Shown here piece by piece: positions 1 to 11,634 of a DNA stretch of 64,000 nucleotides. Position 1 is the first letter of the stretch. Each line of letters opens with the position of its first letter. Origin of the DNA: an uncultured Planctomycetota bacterium (lineage in GTDB: Bacteria; Planctomycetota; Planctomycetia; Gemmatales; Gemmataceae). Below the pieces are notes generated by a model. That model did no database searches, had not been told where the DNA came from, and worked only from the letters and a program-made list of their open reading frames with translations. The position numbers were made by a program, and so were the translations under genes. The stretch is from NCBI GenBank assembly GCA_963849325.1, contig CAWKHF010000012.1:352001-416000 (forward strand), in the 5' to 3' direction.

Positions 1-1473
1 CTTCGTGCGCCTCCCTACACTGCCGCCGCCGTACTCACCAAGGAATCTCTGCCTCTGTTCCGCACCTGGCACGTGACGCTCGGGAGTGACGAGTGGGTGC
101 TGGCCGGCGGGCAGGGGGCGGACTCGGAATTGTTGCTCAGTGGCGGTCCTGCGCCGGAGGCGGTCTCCTCACGGCCAGGTATCGTCTTCTGCCGGAACAC
201 GCTCAGCGGAGAGACACACTGGCGGCATCTGCTGCCGTTCGTGCCCCGCTGGGCCGGCTGTCACGCCGACACGATCCTGGCCGGCGGCGAACGGGGCATC
301 GCCTGCCTCCGCCGCGATGACGGCGAACTCCTGTGGCACTTCCCGGCCCCCGCCTCGGGCCGCTACCCCATCGCCCCCCTAGAGGGCGTACGCGTCGTTG
401 TCCATCCGCGGACACCGGAGCCGTTGACCGACTTCCAGGCGGTTTCCGGCCGGCTCTTTTTCCTTCAGGGACAGCGCCGTCTGTTCGCGCTCGACGCCGA
501 CACCGGCCGCGTCCTCTGGGACCGCTGGGCACCCGATGGCGGCTTCCATCTGCCTTATCCGCAGGGCTGTTACTCTCCCTGCTACCACGCCGGCGCGGCA
601 ACCGTGCTCATCCAGACGCCGGGACGATGCTGGCTCCTCGACGCCGCCAGCGGACGGCCCATCCATCAGGAGCCGGACGGCCGGGAACTCTGGCAACGGC
701 CGCCCCTGGAGCTGGATGACCATACCCTGTGCATCGTCACTGGGAAACAGCGCGTCCTTCGGCTCGATGCCCGTAACGGGCAACGTCTCTGGACGCATAC
801 GCCGACCGGAGGAACGACGCGGAGCGGCGAAGCCCCGCACGTCGCCAGCCGAGGCGACATACTGCTGATGGTGACGCCGGCGAATGTCGGTTATTTCGTG
901 CAGCGACTCGACCGCGCCACCGGCAAGCCGGTCTGGCCCCGATCCTTCCTCCTGACCATGCCTAGGGTGGATATCTCCGCCTGGGCGTTCGATCCGGAAG
1001 CGCTCTACATCGCGGAGGATCGTTCGCTGACCGCTCGCTCTCTCGCGGACGGCCGACTCTTGTGGACGCGGCCGCTGGATGGAGGCGGCGATTGGCAGGT
1101 CCGGCGCGTGGGCGACTACCTGGCGGTCTACCCCGGAGCGTCCGCCGCCGAGGCCCGATTCTCATTTCGCTCTCCGCTGGGGTCGGTACAATGGAACCTG
1201 GGACCGTTGCTGACGCCCGAAGCCGTCTTCGCGCTGCACGGCTGCGATCCGAAGACGGGACGACTGGTGCAGCGGCTCAACTTTCGCATCGAGTCGCCGG
1301 CAAGAACGACGTGCGAAAGACGAACAACGAGAGGAGATCGCGGTCGATTTCTCTTGCTGCAAACCTCTCCTCTCCTGGCCAGCGCCGAGGGTCCGGTTGT
1401 CCGGCTGGACTCGCCCCAGCCGTTCGTGGCGGCCGGCGGCGAAGTCTGGGGACTAACACGAATGAACCATTGA
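1..1473 (+). CDS. PQQ-like/BamB-type beta-propeller repeat protein, 5' partial
   Basis: Frame open from base 1; repeated motifs such as LFALDADTGRVLW, LRLDARNGQRLW, LDRATGKPVW and RSLADGRLLW. Confidence 0.8.
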   Translation, partial: LRAPPYTAAAVLTKESLPLFRTWHVTLGSDEWVLAGGQGADSELLLSGGPAPEAVSSRPGIVFCRNTLSGETHWRHLLPFVPRWAGCHADTILAGGERGIACLRRDDGELLWHFPAPASGRYPIAPLEGVRVVVHPRTPEPLTDFQAVSGRLFFLQGQRRLFALDADTGRVLWDRWAPDGGFHLPYPQGCYSPCYHAGAATVLIQTPGRCWLLDAASGRPIHQEPDGRELWQRPPLELDDHTLCIVTGKQRVLRLDARNGQRLWTHTPTGGTTRSGEAPHVASRGDILLMVTPANVGYFVQRLDRATGKPVWPRSFLLTMPRVDISAWAFDPEALYIAEDRSLTARSLADGRLLWTRPLDGGGDWQVRRVGDYLAVYPGASAAEARFSFRSPLGSVQWNLGPLLTPEAVFALHGCDPKTGRLVQRLNFRIESPARTTCERRTTRGDRGRFLLLQTSPLLASAEGPVVRLDSPQPFVAAGGEVWGLTRMNH

Positions 1474-1488
1474 GGATAGACACCGACG

Positions 1489-2744
1489 ATGCCGAACATT
1501 CGTTGCAAGAACTGCGGCTTGATGGTGCAGGTGCCGGCCGGTGGCCGCCGCTTGTGCGGTTGCGGAGCCTGGCTGTCGGGCGAGGAGGCTGCGGCGCCGG
1601 TCGCCGAGTCGATGGTGGAGGAAGACTTGGTGCTGGCCGAAGCCACGCCCGCCGAAGCGTGGCCGCGCATCGAAGGCGATCTGTCGGCCATCGAGCGCCT
1701 CAACAGCGGCTATCGCCGCATCCGTAAGGAGATGAGCAAGGCCATCGTCGGTCAGGAAAAAGTGCTCGAAGAATTGCTCATCGCCATCTTCGCTCGCGGC
1801 CACTGCCTGCTCGTCGGCGTGCCCGGTCTGGCCAAGACGCTCATGATCCGCACCCTGGCCGACTCGCTCAGCCTCAGTTTCAGCCGCATCCAGTTCACGC
1901 CCGACCTGATGCCGTCGGACATCACCGGCACCGAGGTATTGCAGGAAGACAAGACCACCGGGCAGCGCCTGTTCAAGTTCCTGCACGGCCCGCTGTTCGC
2001 CAACGTCGTTCTCGCCGACGAGATCAACCGCACGCCGCCGAAAACGCAGGCCGCCCTGCTCGAAGCCATGCAGGAACGGCAAGTCACCGTCGGCGGCACC
2101 CGCCACAAGCTGCCCGATCCGTTCTTCGTCCTGGCCACGCAAAACCCGATCGAGCAGGAGGGCACCTATCCCTTGCCCGAGGCGCAGCAAGATCGCTTCA
2201 TGTTCAACATCCTCGTCGATTACCCCGAGGAAGAAGAAGAGTTCCGCATCGTCGAACAGACCACCACGACGCACGTGCCGCAGATCGAGCGTGTGCTGTC
2301 GGCGACGGACATCCTGGAAATGCAGGACATCGTTCGCAAGGTTCCGGTGGCGCCCTACGTCATCCGCTATGCCATGAAGTTCACGCGCCTGACGCGCAAG
2401 GGCAGCCGGGTCGCGGCGGACAAGGCGCCGGGCGGGACGAAGATGAAGGATGTGGACGTGCCCGACTTCATCCGCGATTACGTCACCTGGGGGGCCGGGC
2501 CGCGCGCGACGCAGTTCCTCATCCTGGCGGCCAAGGCCCGCGCCGTGCTGCACGGTCGTTATTATGTCTCCTGCGAGGACGTACGTGCGGTAGCCCCGGC
2601 AGTGTTGCGTCATCGCATCATCACCAACTTCAACGCCGAGGCCGAGGGCATCAAGCCGGACGAGATTGTTCGCCGCCTCATCGAGCGCATTCCCGCGATC
2701 CCAATGAACAAGCCGCCGTCGGCGCGGCACAAACCGGAAGTTAG
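1489..2744 (+). CDS. moxR: MoxR-family AAA+ ATPase with N-terminal Cys-rich (Zn-ribbon-like) extension
   Basis: Walker [65 protein letters not shown]. True end probably TAG 2742-2744 after an indel near 2695; the ORF track runs to 2979. Confidence 0.92.
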
Positions 2745-2812
2745 AGATACGACCCCGTTGTTCGGCGTACGGCGCGGCAGCCTGGATGAATGGACCTTGA
2801 GGGAGGTTTTTC

Positions 2813-3256
2813 ATGTCCAGCCGCATTCTCCTTTGTCTCTTTGCTCTTTCGGCTGTGGTTTTCTTGTCCGGCAGCATCGTGGTCAGTTCGGTCAGTCTGG
2901 ACGCACTGGAAGTCGGAGGCGTGAAGATGCCTGGGCGGTGGAAGGCCAGTTCTCCCACGGTGCAGTCGGACGCCGGTGAGTACCTGTCCTACGATGTCGC
3001 CGGCAAGTCGCCCCGGGTGTACTTCACCAAGGAGAAGGGACCGCACACCGCCTGGTCATTCGTCAATATGAAGAGGTTCTCGGAGCACAAGGGGTTGGTG
3101 CATGAGCAAGGGAGGGCGGGTTGGTTGGCGGTGGAGGAACGTGGCTTCACCCTGCGGCGTGCGCCACGGAAGGCCCGTTTCGAGGCTGGTACCTGTCGCG
3201 GACAAAAAAAGGAGAGTTGGTGCTGGAAAAGGAAGCCGATCACGCCGCAGAAGTGA
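2813..3256 (+). CDS. Hypothetical exported protein; C-terminus possibly frameshifted towards ~3320
   Basis: GGAGG RBS upstream; hydrophobic N-terminus; no recognisable family. Confidence 0.55.
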   Translation: MSSRILLCLFALSAVVFLSGSIVVSSVSLDALEVGGVKMPGRWKASSPTVQSDAGEYLSYDVAGKSPRVYFTKEKGPHTAWSFVNMKRFSEHKGLVHEQGRAGWLAVEERGFTLRRAPRKARFEAGTCRGQKKESWCWKRKPITPQK

Positions 3257-3389
3257 AATTCCGACTGAAACGGACGAAGTCTCGGTGACGCGACCAGGAA
3301 AGGTAGCAAAGGTCTTTTAATAATGTTGCCGTCCAATCAAGGTTGAAAAGCCTTTCGACCGTGTAGATAGGGGCAATCGGGAGAAGGCT

Positions 3390-3584
3390 ATGAAATTCAA
3401 GGTGGCACTCTACCCATCGGAAGAAGGTTACAGCGTCAATGTTCCGGGTTTGCCGGGTTGCTGGTCGCAAGGGGCCACGGAAGCAGAAGCCCTGGCCAAT
3501 ATCGCCGAGGCGATTCGTGAGTACCTGGATGCCGAGATCGACACAACCGAGGGGGCTACTATTCATGAAGTCGAGGTGGCTTAG
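3390..3584 (+). CDS. hicB: Type II antitoxin, short HicB family
   Basis: EEGYSVNVPGLPGCWSQGATEAEALANIAEAIREYL motif, 64 aa. Confidence 0.9.
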   Translation: MKFKVALYPSEEGYSVNVPGLPGCWSQGATEAEALANIAEAIREYLDAEIDTTEGATIHEVEVA

Positions 3585-3586
3585 CT

Positions 3587-3799
3587 GTGCCCAGGCCCCC
3601 TGGCGTCAACCATCTGGATGCGGTGCGCACCTTGGAGAAGTCGGGCTTCTGGATTCTCCGGCAGGGCAAACATATCGTCATGACAGACGGTACGCGCAAG
3701 CTGATGGTCCCTCGGCACAATCCGGTGAATGCTTTCACTATGGGCGGGATCGTTCGAGCAGCCGGTTTGACGGAGGAAGAATTCCGGAAGCTGTTATGA
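3587..3799 (+). CDS. hicA: Type II toxin, HicA family
   Basis: LEKSGFWILRQGKHIVM...VPRH...TMGGIVRAAGL; directly after hicB. Confidence 0.9.
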   Translation: MPRPPGVNHLDAVRTLEKSGFWILRQGKHIVMTDGTRKLMVPRHNPVNAFTMGGIVRAAGLTEEEFRKLL

Positions 3800-3885
3800 A
3801 CGGAGGAGGGAAGAAGGCGATAGGGATCTTTTCTAGTCCCTTTTATACTTAAAAGGACTTCCAACGGATGGTTGGGAGAACCATC

Positions 3886-4621
3886 ATGCCATTACTCGAT
3901 CACTTTCATCCTCCGTTGAGTACCGAGCGACGCTGGGAATCGTTTCATTCCAGCTGGGCCACCCGGCTGGCGGATGCTCTCACGGAGCGCTGGCTGCCTC
4001 CGAACTACATCGCCGAAGAACACGCTCATCTCGGCCCCTCGGTCGAAATTGACGTGGGCACATTCGAGCGGGAAACGGCGGCGACCTCGGTGGAAGGAGG
4101 GGCGGTAGCGACCGTGGGACGGAAGGTATGGACTCCGCCCGTTGCCGACGGGAGCCTTGCCGCCGTCTTCCCGGATACGTTCGAGATCCGGGTGCTGGGT
4201 ACGGACACCGGACCCAAATTGGTAGCGGCCATCGAGCTGATCAGTCCCGGCAACAAAGACCGGGCGGGGGAGAGAAGGGCCTTCGCCATCAAGTGCGCCA
4301 GTTATCTGTACCAGGGAATCAGCGTTATCATCGTGGACATCGTGACCAATCGCCGGGCCAACCTGCACAATGAGATCCTGGCGCTCGTGGACGGAGCCGA
4401 CAGCCTCCAATTGCCGCCAGAGTCGAGCCTGTACGCCGTGGCCTATCGGCCGCTGCGGCGCGGCAAGGAGGATGTGATCGATGTCTGGCGCATCCCCTCT
4501 GGCACTGGGTGGGGCACTGCCCACGCTGCCTCTGGGACTGCGGGCCGACTTGGTGATTCCTGTGGACTTCGAGCAGACCTACGCCGAGGCCTGCCTCCGA
4601 AAACGGCTTACCGGATCGTGA
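3886..4621 (+). CDS. DUF4058-like planctomycete protein (restriction-endonuclease-like fold); one indel near 4495
   Basis: MPLLDHFHPPL..WESFHSSW, AAIELISPGNKD; the shifted frame gives the typical LPTLPLGLRADLVIPVDFEQTYAEAC* end. Confidence 0.8.
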
Positions 4622-4665
4622 AGGCCGAGAACGCCTTTCTGGAATGCTTTCCTGATGGTATCCTG

Positions 4666-5594
4666 ATGCAAGACACCCACCAATACCTCGACCCAATCGC
4701 GCTGGCCAAGGTCCGCAACCTCGAAATGCAGGCGCGGCTCATCGTCGAGGGCTACCTGTCCGGCATGCACAAAAGTCCCTACCACGGCTTTTCGGTCGAG
4801 TTCGCCCAGCACCGCGAATACGTGCCCGGCGACGACCTGAAGCACCTCGACTGGAAAGTCTACAGCCGCACCGGACGTTTCTACCTCAAGCAGTACGAGG
4901 AGGAAACGAACCTGGCCTGCTGGCTGCTGGTGGACGCCAGCGAATCGATGCGCTACGGCTCGGGCCTGACGAGCGATGACGGCAAGCCGCTGGTGAGTAA
5001 ATATGACTACGCTTGCATGGGCGCCGCCGCCCTGGCGTACCTGATCCTGCATCAGCAGGACGCCGCCGGACTGGTGACTTACGACAACCAGGTTCGCCAA
5101 CTCCTCAAGCCGACGAGCCAGCCGTCGCACCTCAAACAGATCATCGCCTGTCTGAACAAGGGCGCCGGCCGCGAACGCACCAGCCTGGCGCCGATCTTCC
5201 ACGACCTCGCCGAGCGCATCCCGCGCCGCGGCATCGTCGTCGTCTTCAGCGACTTCTTCGATGATTTGCCGGACATCCTCAACGGCCTGAAACACCTGCG
5301 GCACAAGCGGCACGAAGTCATCGTCCTGCACGTCCTGGACCGGGCCGAGCTGGAGTTTCCCTTCCAGGAAGCCACGCTCTTTCGCGGTCTGGAACAGTAT
5401 CCGGAATTACTGACCGATCCGCGCTCATTGCGCGACGGCTACCTGGAACAGATTCAAAACTTCGTCGCCGAGTTGCAGCGCGGCTGTCTGTCGCAGAACA
5501 TCGATTACGTGACCATGCGCACGGACATGCAGCTGGGCATCGTGCTATCGAGTTACCTGGCGCATCGGTTGCGCACAGCAGTCGTCATTCGTGA
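4666..5594 (+). CDS. DUF58 family protein (MoxR-associated)
   Basis: GMHKSPYHGFSVEFAQHREYVPGDDLKHLDWK, LKQYEEE, VDASESM, FSDFF; 3' end inferred across an indel. Confidence 0.9.
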
Positions 5595-5601
5595 CGTTCC
5601 A

Positions 5602-5632
5602 TTTCGCGGCGGCTCCGCGAGTCGCCGCGAAA
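5602..5632. repeat. Intergenic palindrome / REP-like hairpin
   Basis: tttcgcggcggctc...gagtcgccgcgaaa. Confidence 0.6.
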
Positions 5633-5657
5633 CCTTTTCGGACGGGAGATCGCAATC

Positions 5658-8600
5658 GTGCTCTGGCTCCCCCTCGCTTTCCTGGAGGCGCCGCTCACCG
5701 CCGCGGCCGTGGCCGGCGGTGCCGTCTCCATCCCCATCATCATCCACCTGCTCAACCGCCGTCGCTTCAAGGTCGTCACCTGGGCGGCCATGCGCTTCCT
5801 GCTGGCGGCGCAGAAAAAGAACTCGCGGCGCATGCGCCTGGAACAGCTCCTGTTGCTCGTCCTTCGCTGCGTCATGGTGCTGCTGCTTGTCCTGGCGATG
5901 GCCAGCGTGACGAACTGGGCCGAGGCGGTGTGGCGCTGGTTCGCGCCCAACGGTGCCCTGGCCCTGACCAGCGGCAGCCAACGCACGCACAAGATCCTGG
6001 TCTTCGATAGTTCGTTCAGCATGGGCCTGAAAAACGGCGATGGCACCTGCTTCGAGCGCGCTCGCGCCCTGGCCGCGCGCATCGTGCGCGAGTCCAGCGG
6101 CGGCGACGGCTTCAGCGTCGTACTCATGGCCGCGCCGCCGCGGCGCATCGTGCCGGAGCCGTCCGAGGACGCCCGCAAGGTCGTCGCCGAGATCGAGAAC
6201 CTGCGCCTGACGCACGGCAACGCCGACCTCGCCGCCACGCTCAACACCGTCGAAAGCCTGGTGCGGGCCTCGCCGGGCAAATATCCGGCCCGCGAGGTCT
6301 ACTTCCTCACCGACTTGCAGCAGTCCACCTGGATCGCCCGCCAGCCGGCGCTGTTATCGGCCACATTGCAAAAGATCAAGGAGCGAGCGCAGACGATCTT
6401 CGTGGACGTCGGTCGCGACGGCGTCGGCAACCTGGCCGTGACGAACCTCGTGCTGGACGACTCGATGGCCGCCACCGGCCGCGAGACGCCGATCATCGCC
6501 ACGCTGACCAACTACGGCGAGACGCGCACCGATGTCAGCGTGCGTCTGTTCGTCGGCAAGGCCCGCGCCGCGGCGGCCGACAAGCCCTACGATCTGCACG
6601 AGGTCAAGGAATCGATCGTCAAGCAGGTCAAGCGCGGCGAGGCGACGCCGGTTGCTTTCACCTACAAATTCCCCGCGCCCGGCGATTACGTCCTGGTCGT
6701 CCAGGTGGCCCACGACGACCTCGAGCTGGACGACATGCGCAGCGCCGTGGTCACGGTCAAGAACACGGTGCCGGTCATGCTGGTCAACGGCAAGCCGGCC
6801 GTCGAGGCGTTCGACCGTGCCAGCGAATGGCTGCGCGTCGCTCTCAACCCGTTCGACCAGGGCGCGACGCCGATCTCGGTTGCCGCCCGGCCGAAGGTGC
6901 TGTCGCAATCGCAGTTCGCCGACGAGGGACTGGGCGACCTGACGCCCTACGACTGCGTTTTCCTGTGCGACGTGCCGCGCTTCAGCCTGGCCGAGGTGCG
7001 CCGCCTGGAGAACCACGTCCGCCGCGGCGGCAGCGTTGTCTTCTGCCTGGGCTCGCAGGTGGACATCGGCTCGTACAACGACATGCTCTACCGCGAAGGC
7101 AAGGGTCTGCTGCCCGCGCGCCTGACCGAGCGCGTCAAGGCCAACGCGGGTTACAATTTCCAGTTGGCGATGGAACCCGACGCCGACCGCGAAGACCCGC
7201 TCAAGCCGTTCCGCACGGAGTCCGCCCGCGAGTACCTGCTCGCCTCGCGCTTCCAGGAATACATTCAGACCGAGCCGGTCTTGCGGCCGGGCCGCGCCGC
7301 ATCCTGTCGTTCGCCCCGGTCGCCATCCCCGGCGCGCCGAAGGCGACGCTGCTGCCCGGCGGAGCGGCCATCCTCGATTGGCGACCGCCGGCTCCCACCC
7401 CGCCTCTGCCTGGCACGGGGGGACGAGCCGGCTGCGCGGCCGGGTCGTGCTCATCACCACTACGGTCAACTCGGACTGGAACAACTGGCCGACCTCGCCG
7501 AGCTTCCCGCCGCTGATGCAGGAATTGCTCTACTACGCCTCCGCCGCTCGTCTGCGCGAGCAGGTCGTGCAGGTCGGCGAGCCGATCGAATTGTATCTGC
7601 CCAACACTGGCGGCAACGTCGAGGCGACCGTCAGCACTCCCGACGGCCGGACGGAGACGACCCGCACCCAGAACCAGGATGAGGCCAGCGTGCTGCGCTG
7701 GACCGATACCGACATCAGCGGCATCTACAGCGTCGTCATCGGTTCGCATCCCCGCCAGCACCTATTCGCCGTCAACGTGCCGGCCCTCAACGAGGCCCAG
7801 CAGCTCAGCGAGAGCGACCTGACCCGCACCAACCGCGAGGATCTGCTGAAGGTGTATCCCGAATGGGAAGTGCAGGTCGTCACCGAACCCGGCCAGGTGA
7901 AACACGCTCCTCCCGCGGAGGGCGAGCCGGAGCGCGTCATGCAGCCGCTGGGCGACGTCGTGGCTCGCTGGCTGTTCCTCGTCCTGCTCGGCCTGGTCCT
8001 GGCCGAGGTCGTGCTGGCCTGGCAGTTCGGCCACTACAGCGCCGGCGTCACGCCCCTGGAAGAGAACGCCCAGCCCCGGCCGCGCACGACGAGCCAATGG
8101 GCGCTGCTCGTTCTGCCGTGGTTGCTGTTCGTATGCGTCCTGGGCATTGCCGGCGTCCTGGCCCATGACGCCTGGACCGGCGATTTCCTCGCCTTCCTGC
8201 CCGACTGGGGACGGCGCTTCCTCGAGCGCGTCGCCGACATCCCTCCGCCGGCCCCCGGCGAGGGCAGCCATTGGCGCCTCGAATATCGGAGCTACTTCTG
8301 GGACAACCGGGCCGATCCCTGGCTGGCGGCGACCCTGGCTCTCGGCGCTGCCTTCCTCGTTTACGCCATCTCCTTCCGCGAAGGCAGTCCGGCCCTGCGC
8401 CGACAGGACAGGGGCGGCCGGCTCGTCCGCCTCGGCCTGCGCCTGGGACTGCTGTTCCTCCTGCTCGCCGTGCTCCTGCCGCGCAACCGCGTCTGGTTCG
8501 AGCGCCAGAGCTGGCCCGACATCGTCATCCTGATCGACGATTCGCAGAGCATGTCCACGGTCGATACCTACAAGGACACGCGCCTCAAGACCGTGGCCGA

Positions 8601-10713
8601 GCGCCTCGCCCAGCACGATGGCTTGACGAAAGCCGACCGTCTCTCCCTGGCCCAGGCCCTCGTCACGCGCGGCGAGACGGACTGGCTGACCGGCATGTTG
8701 ACGCAACGCAAGGTGCGCGTCCACGTCTACCACTGCTCCGGCCGCGCTCACCGCCTCAAGGACGTGACCGCGCCGGACGAGGTCGCCCCGGCCCTGGAAG
8801 CCATCAACGCCTTGCAGGCCGAAGCGACGAACGATTCCAGCCAGCTCGGCGTGGCCGTGCGTCAGGTGCTCAACGACTTCCGCGGCTCGTCGCTGGCCGC
8901 CGTCGTCATGCTCACCGACGGCGTGACCACCGAGGGCGAAGACCTGGTCAAGGTCTCCAAGTATGCGCAGCAGATGGGCGTGCCGCTGTTCTTCGTCGGC
9001 ATCGGCGACGCCCAGGAAGTACACGACCTCTATCTGCACGACCTGAAGGCCGCCGACAGCGCCTACGTCAACGACCGCCTCGTCTTCACCGTCAACGTCA
9101 CCGCCCAGGGGTACAACCGCCTGTCCGTGCCGGTCCTCCTGCGCGAAAAGGGCAAGGACCGGGTGCTCGACCGGAAGACCGTCACGTTTGACGGCACGAA
9201 CCGGACGGTGAAAGTGATCCTGACGCACCAGCCGACGGAGCCGGGCGAGAAGATCTACGAGATCGAGGTGCCCGGCCAGGAGGACGAGGTGACGGTGGAG
9301 AACAACCGCCTCCAGCGGGCGGTGTTCGTCCACGAGGCCCGGCAGATCAAGGTGCTATACGTCGAGGGCTATCGTCGTTAGGAGTATCACTACCTCAAGA
9401 CTCTGCTGGAGCGCGAGAGCAACCGCATCAAGGGCAACAAGAGCATCGACCTGAAAGTGTTGCTCCTGGACGCCGACGCCGATTTCGCCGGCCAGGATCG
9501 CAGCGCCATCGCCGAGTTTCCAAGTAGGGCCGAGTTGAACACCTTCGACGTGGTTATCCTCGGCGACGTCGATCCGCAGTCGAAGTTCGACGCGAAGATG
9601 ACGGAGCATCTGAAGGACCTGGCCGACTTCGTGCGCGAGCGCGGCGGCGGTCTGCTGATGATCGCCGGCGAGCGCTACGCGCCGTTCGCCTACAAGGATT
9701 CGCCACTCAAGGACGTGCTGCCCATCGACGTGACGACCGACAAGGCGCCAGACGACGCCGACATCAGCGAATCCTATCGGCCGATGCTGACGCCGACCGG
9801 CCGGGCGCACCCGATCTTCCAGTTCAGCCCCGGCAACGACGCGGAGAACGACGCGATCTGGAACCGCCTGAAGGAGATGTACTGGCACGCCGACGGCTAT
9901 CAACTCAAGCGAGCCGCCGAAGTGCTGGCCGTACATCCGAAGAAGGGACGGCGCGGCAAGGGGGGCGAGCGGGCGGACAAGGAGCAGCCGGCGCTGAACG
10001 GCCAGCCGCTGGTGGTGCAGCAGTTCGTCGGCGCCGGCCGCTGCATGTTCTTCGGCTTCAACGAGACGTGGCGCTGGAACTTCCGCGAGGACCAGGCGCA
10101 CTACAACCAGTTCTGGATTCAGACAGTGCGTTACCTGGCGCGCAGCCGCCTCGGCCGCATCGAACTGCGGCTGGACCGGCAGACGCCGTACCGCCGCGGC
10201 GAGCCGATCAAGGTGACGGTGCGTTTCCCCGACGACGCGCCGCCGCCGTCGCCGGACCTGGAGGTCAAGGTCACGGTCGAGCGCCGCAATCCCGCCAAGG
10301 CCGGCGACACCGAGGTACGCACAGTGCAGCTGTCCAAGGTCGAAGGCAGCCGGGCGACCTACGAGGCCCTGCTGACGCAGACGCCGGAGGGCGATTACAG
10401 GTTCTGGCTGACGCAGCCGACGGCTAACCCCAAGCCGCGCGCCGAGGCCAAGGTGGTGCGTCCGCCCGGCGAGATGGAGCGTCTGCGCATGAACCAGGCC
10501 GACATGGAGCGCGCCGCCGACGAATCGCACGGCCGCTTCTACACGCTCGCCGACGCCGAGCATTTGCTGGACGATCTGCCGACCGGCACGCGCGTCACGG
10601 TCAATGCTCCCGGCCCGCCGTACCGGATGTGGGACCATTTCGTGCTGTTCCTCTTGGCCCTGATGCTGCTGACGACGGAATGGCTGCTGCGCAAGCAGAA
10701 GAATTTGCTGTAA
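5658..10713 (+). CDS. Large membrane protein: BatA N-terminus, vWA, Ig-like, GATase-like, TM, second vWA, second GATase-like (about 1680 aa); indels at ~7290-7420 and in-frame TAG at 9379-9381
   Basis: PIIIHLLNRRRFKVVTWAAMRFL (BatA); DSSFSM and DDSQSM MIDAS motifs; LTDG; FVRERGGGLLMIAG; ETWRW; C-terminal TTEWLLRK. Confidence 0.8.
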
Positions 10714-10752
10714 GGCGGACTACAGGGATGTGCTTCGGATCCTTGGGTGGAA

Positions 10753-10811
10753 AATTGGTCCTCTTGTCCTCGTTCCCACGCCGAGCGCGGGAACGAGACC
10801 AGAGGACAATT
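10753..10811. repeat. REP-like palindrome (ctcgttcccacgc...gcgcgggaacgag type)
   Basis: Imperfect inverted repeat downstream of the vWA gene. Confidence 0.65.
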
Positions 10812-10833
10812 CATTGATGGAGAGGAGCTGGGC

Positions 10834-10929
10834 ATGACAGCGGAAGATGTCCTGGAAAGTCTGGTCGAGGAATGCCACGAGGATCATGTCGGACTGTGGG
10901 GCATCGTCAACGCCGTCCGGGTTTGTTGA
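10834..10929 (+). pseudogene. 31-aa gene stub MTAEDVLESLVEECHEDHVGLWGIVNAVRVC
   Basis: GAGGAG RBS and protein-like N-terminus, cut off exactly where the next promoter (TTGACA) begins. Confidence 0.4.
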
Positions 10930-10954
10930 CAGACGCGGGATAGCGGTGTACCGT
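10926..10954 (+). promoter_or_regulatory. Sigma-70-type promoter, probably giving a leaderless transcript of the TA pair
   Basis: TTGACA-17 bp-TACCGT, then 6 nt to ATG 10961; no SD. Confidence 0.6.
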
Positions 10955-10960
10955 GCGATC

Positions 10961-11188
10961 ATGGACTACACGAAGTTGATTACGATTGAAGCGGACAAAC
11001 GAAGCGGGCAACCGTGCATCCGGGGATTGCGCCTGACCGTTCAGGATGTTCTGGAATACCTGGCCTCCGGGATGTCGGCGGAGGAGATCCTCGCCGACTT
11101 TCCGGACCTGACCGCGGAGGACATTCGGGCCTGTCTCGCGTTCGCCGCGGATCGTGAACGGCGGTTGCGCGTGATGCCGCCGGCATGA
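10961..11188 (+). CDS. DUF433 family antitoxin
   Basis: KRSGQPCIRGLRLTVQDVLEYLASGMSAEEILADFPDLTAEDIRACLAFA. Confidence 0.92.
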   Translation: MDYTKLITIEADKRSGQPCIRGLRLTVQDVLEYLASGMSAEEILADFPDLTAEDIRACLAFAADRERRLRVMPPA

Positions 11189-11517
11189 GACTCCTTTTTG
11201 ACGAGAACCTCTCGCCTCGGTTGGTCGGTCTGCTCGCCGTCGAGTTTCCCGGCTCCGAGCATGTCCGGAATGTGGGACTGGCTGCTGCTTCTGATCCGAC
11301 GATCTGGTCCTTTGCAGCCGCTCAGAATCTGGCCATCGTGTCGAAGGACAGCGATTTCCAGCATCGCGCCCTGTTGTTGGGACAGCCGCCCAAGGTGGTC
11401 TGGGTGCGCTTGGGGAACTGCTCGACGGCTGCCGTCGCCGCCCTGTTGCGTGTCCGACAGGGCGACCTGCTGGCCTTCGAGGCCGATCCGATCAGCTCGT
11501 TGTTGGCGTTGTCATAA
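11185..11517 (+). CDS. DUF5615 PIN-like toxin
   Basis: MRLLFDENLS...SDPTIW..A...IVSKDSDF...PPKVVWVRLGN; ATGA overlap with DUF433. Confidence 0.92.
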   Translation: MRLLFDENLSPRLVGLLAVEFPGSEHVRNVGLAAASDPTIWSFAAAQNLAIVSKDSDFQHRALLLGQPPKVVWVRLGNCSTAAVAALLRVRQGDLLAFEADPISSLLALS

Positions 11518-11550
11518 AGTTCCGCCGAACTAGAGCATTGGGAATCGCTT

Positions 11551-11578
11551 TTGCGCCGGCCCAGCAACCTGCTATAGT
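11551..11578 (+). promoter_or_regulatory. Sigma-70-type promoter restarting the operon after the TA insert
   Basis: TTGCGC-16 bp-TATAGT with extended -10 TGn. Confidence 0.55.
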
Positions 11579-11634
11579 AGGACTGTTGATCGATAGCCGA
11601 TCTCTCCGCAGGCGACGGCCCCGAGGCGATAGCG

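Noticed and set aside
2745-2979. Long C-terminal tail on MoxR
   Set aside because: It overlaps the next gene with its RBS; a one-base shift gives a normal end at 2744
3868-5910. 680-aa DUF4058-DUF58 fusion in the ORF track
   Set aside because: The DUF4058 C-terminus and stop (4619-4621) lie in another frame; the linker is an indel artefact
9379-9381. Genome-wide TAG recoding (pyrrolysine or alternative code)
   Set aside because: TAG terminates ordinary genes here (hicB 3584, BBP7 31211, phosphoesterase 32971), and there is only one internal case
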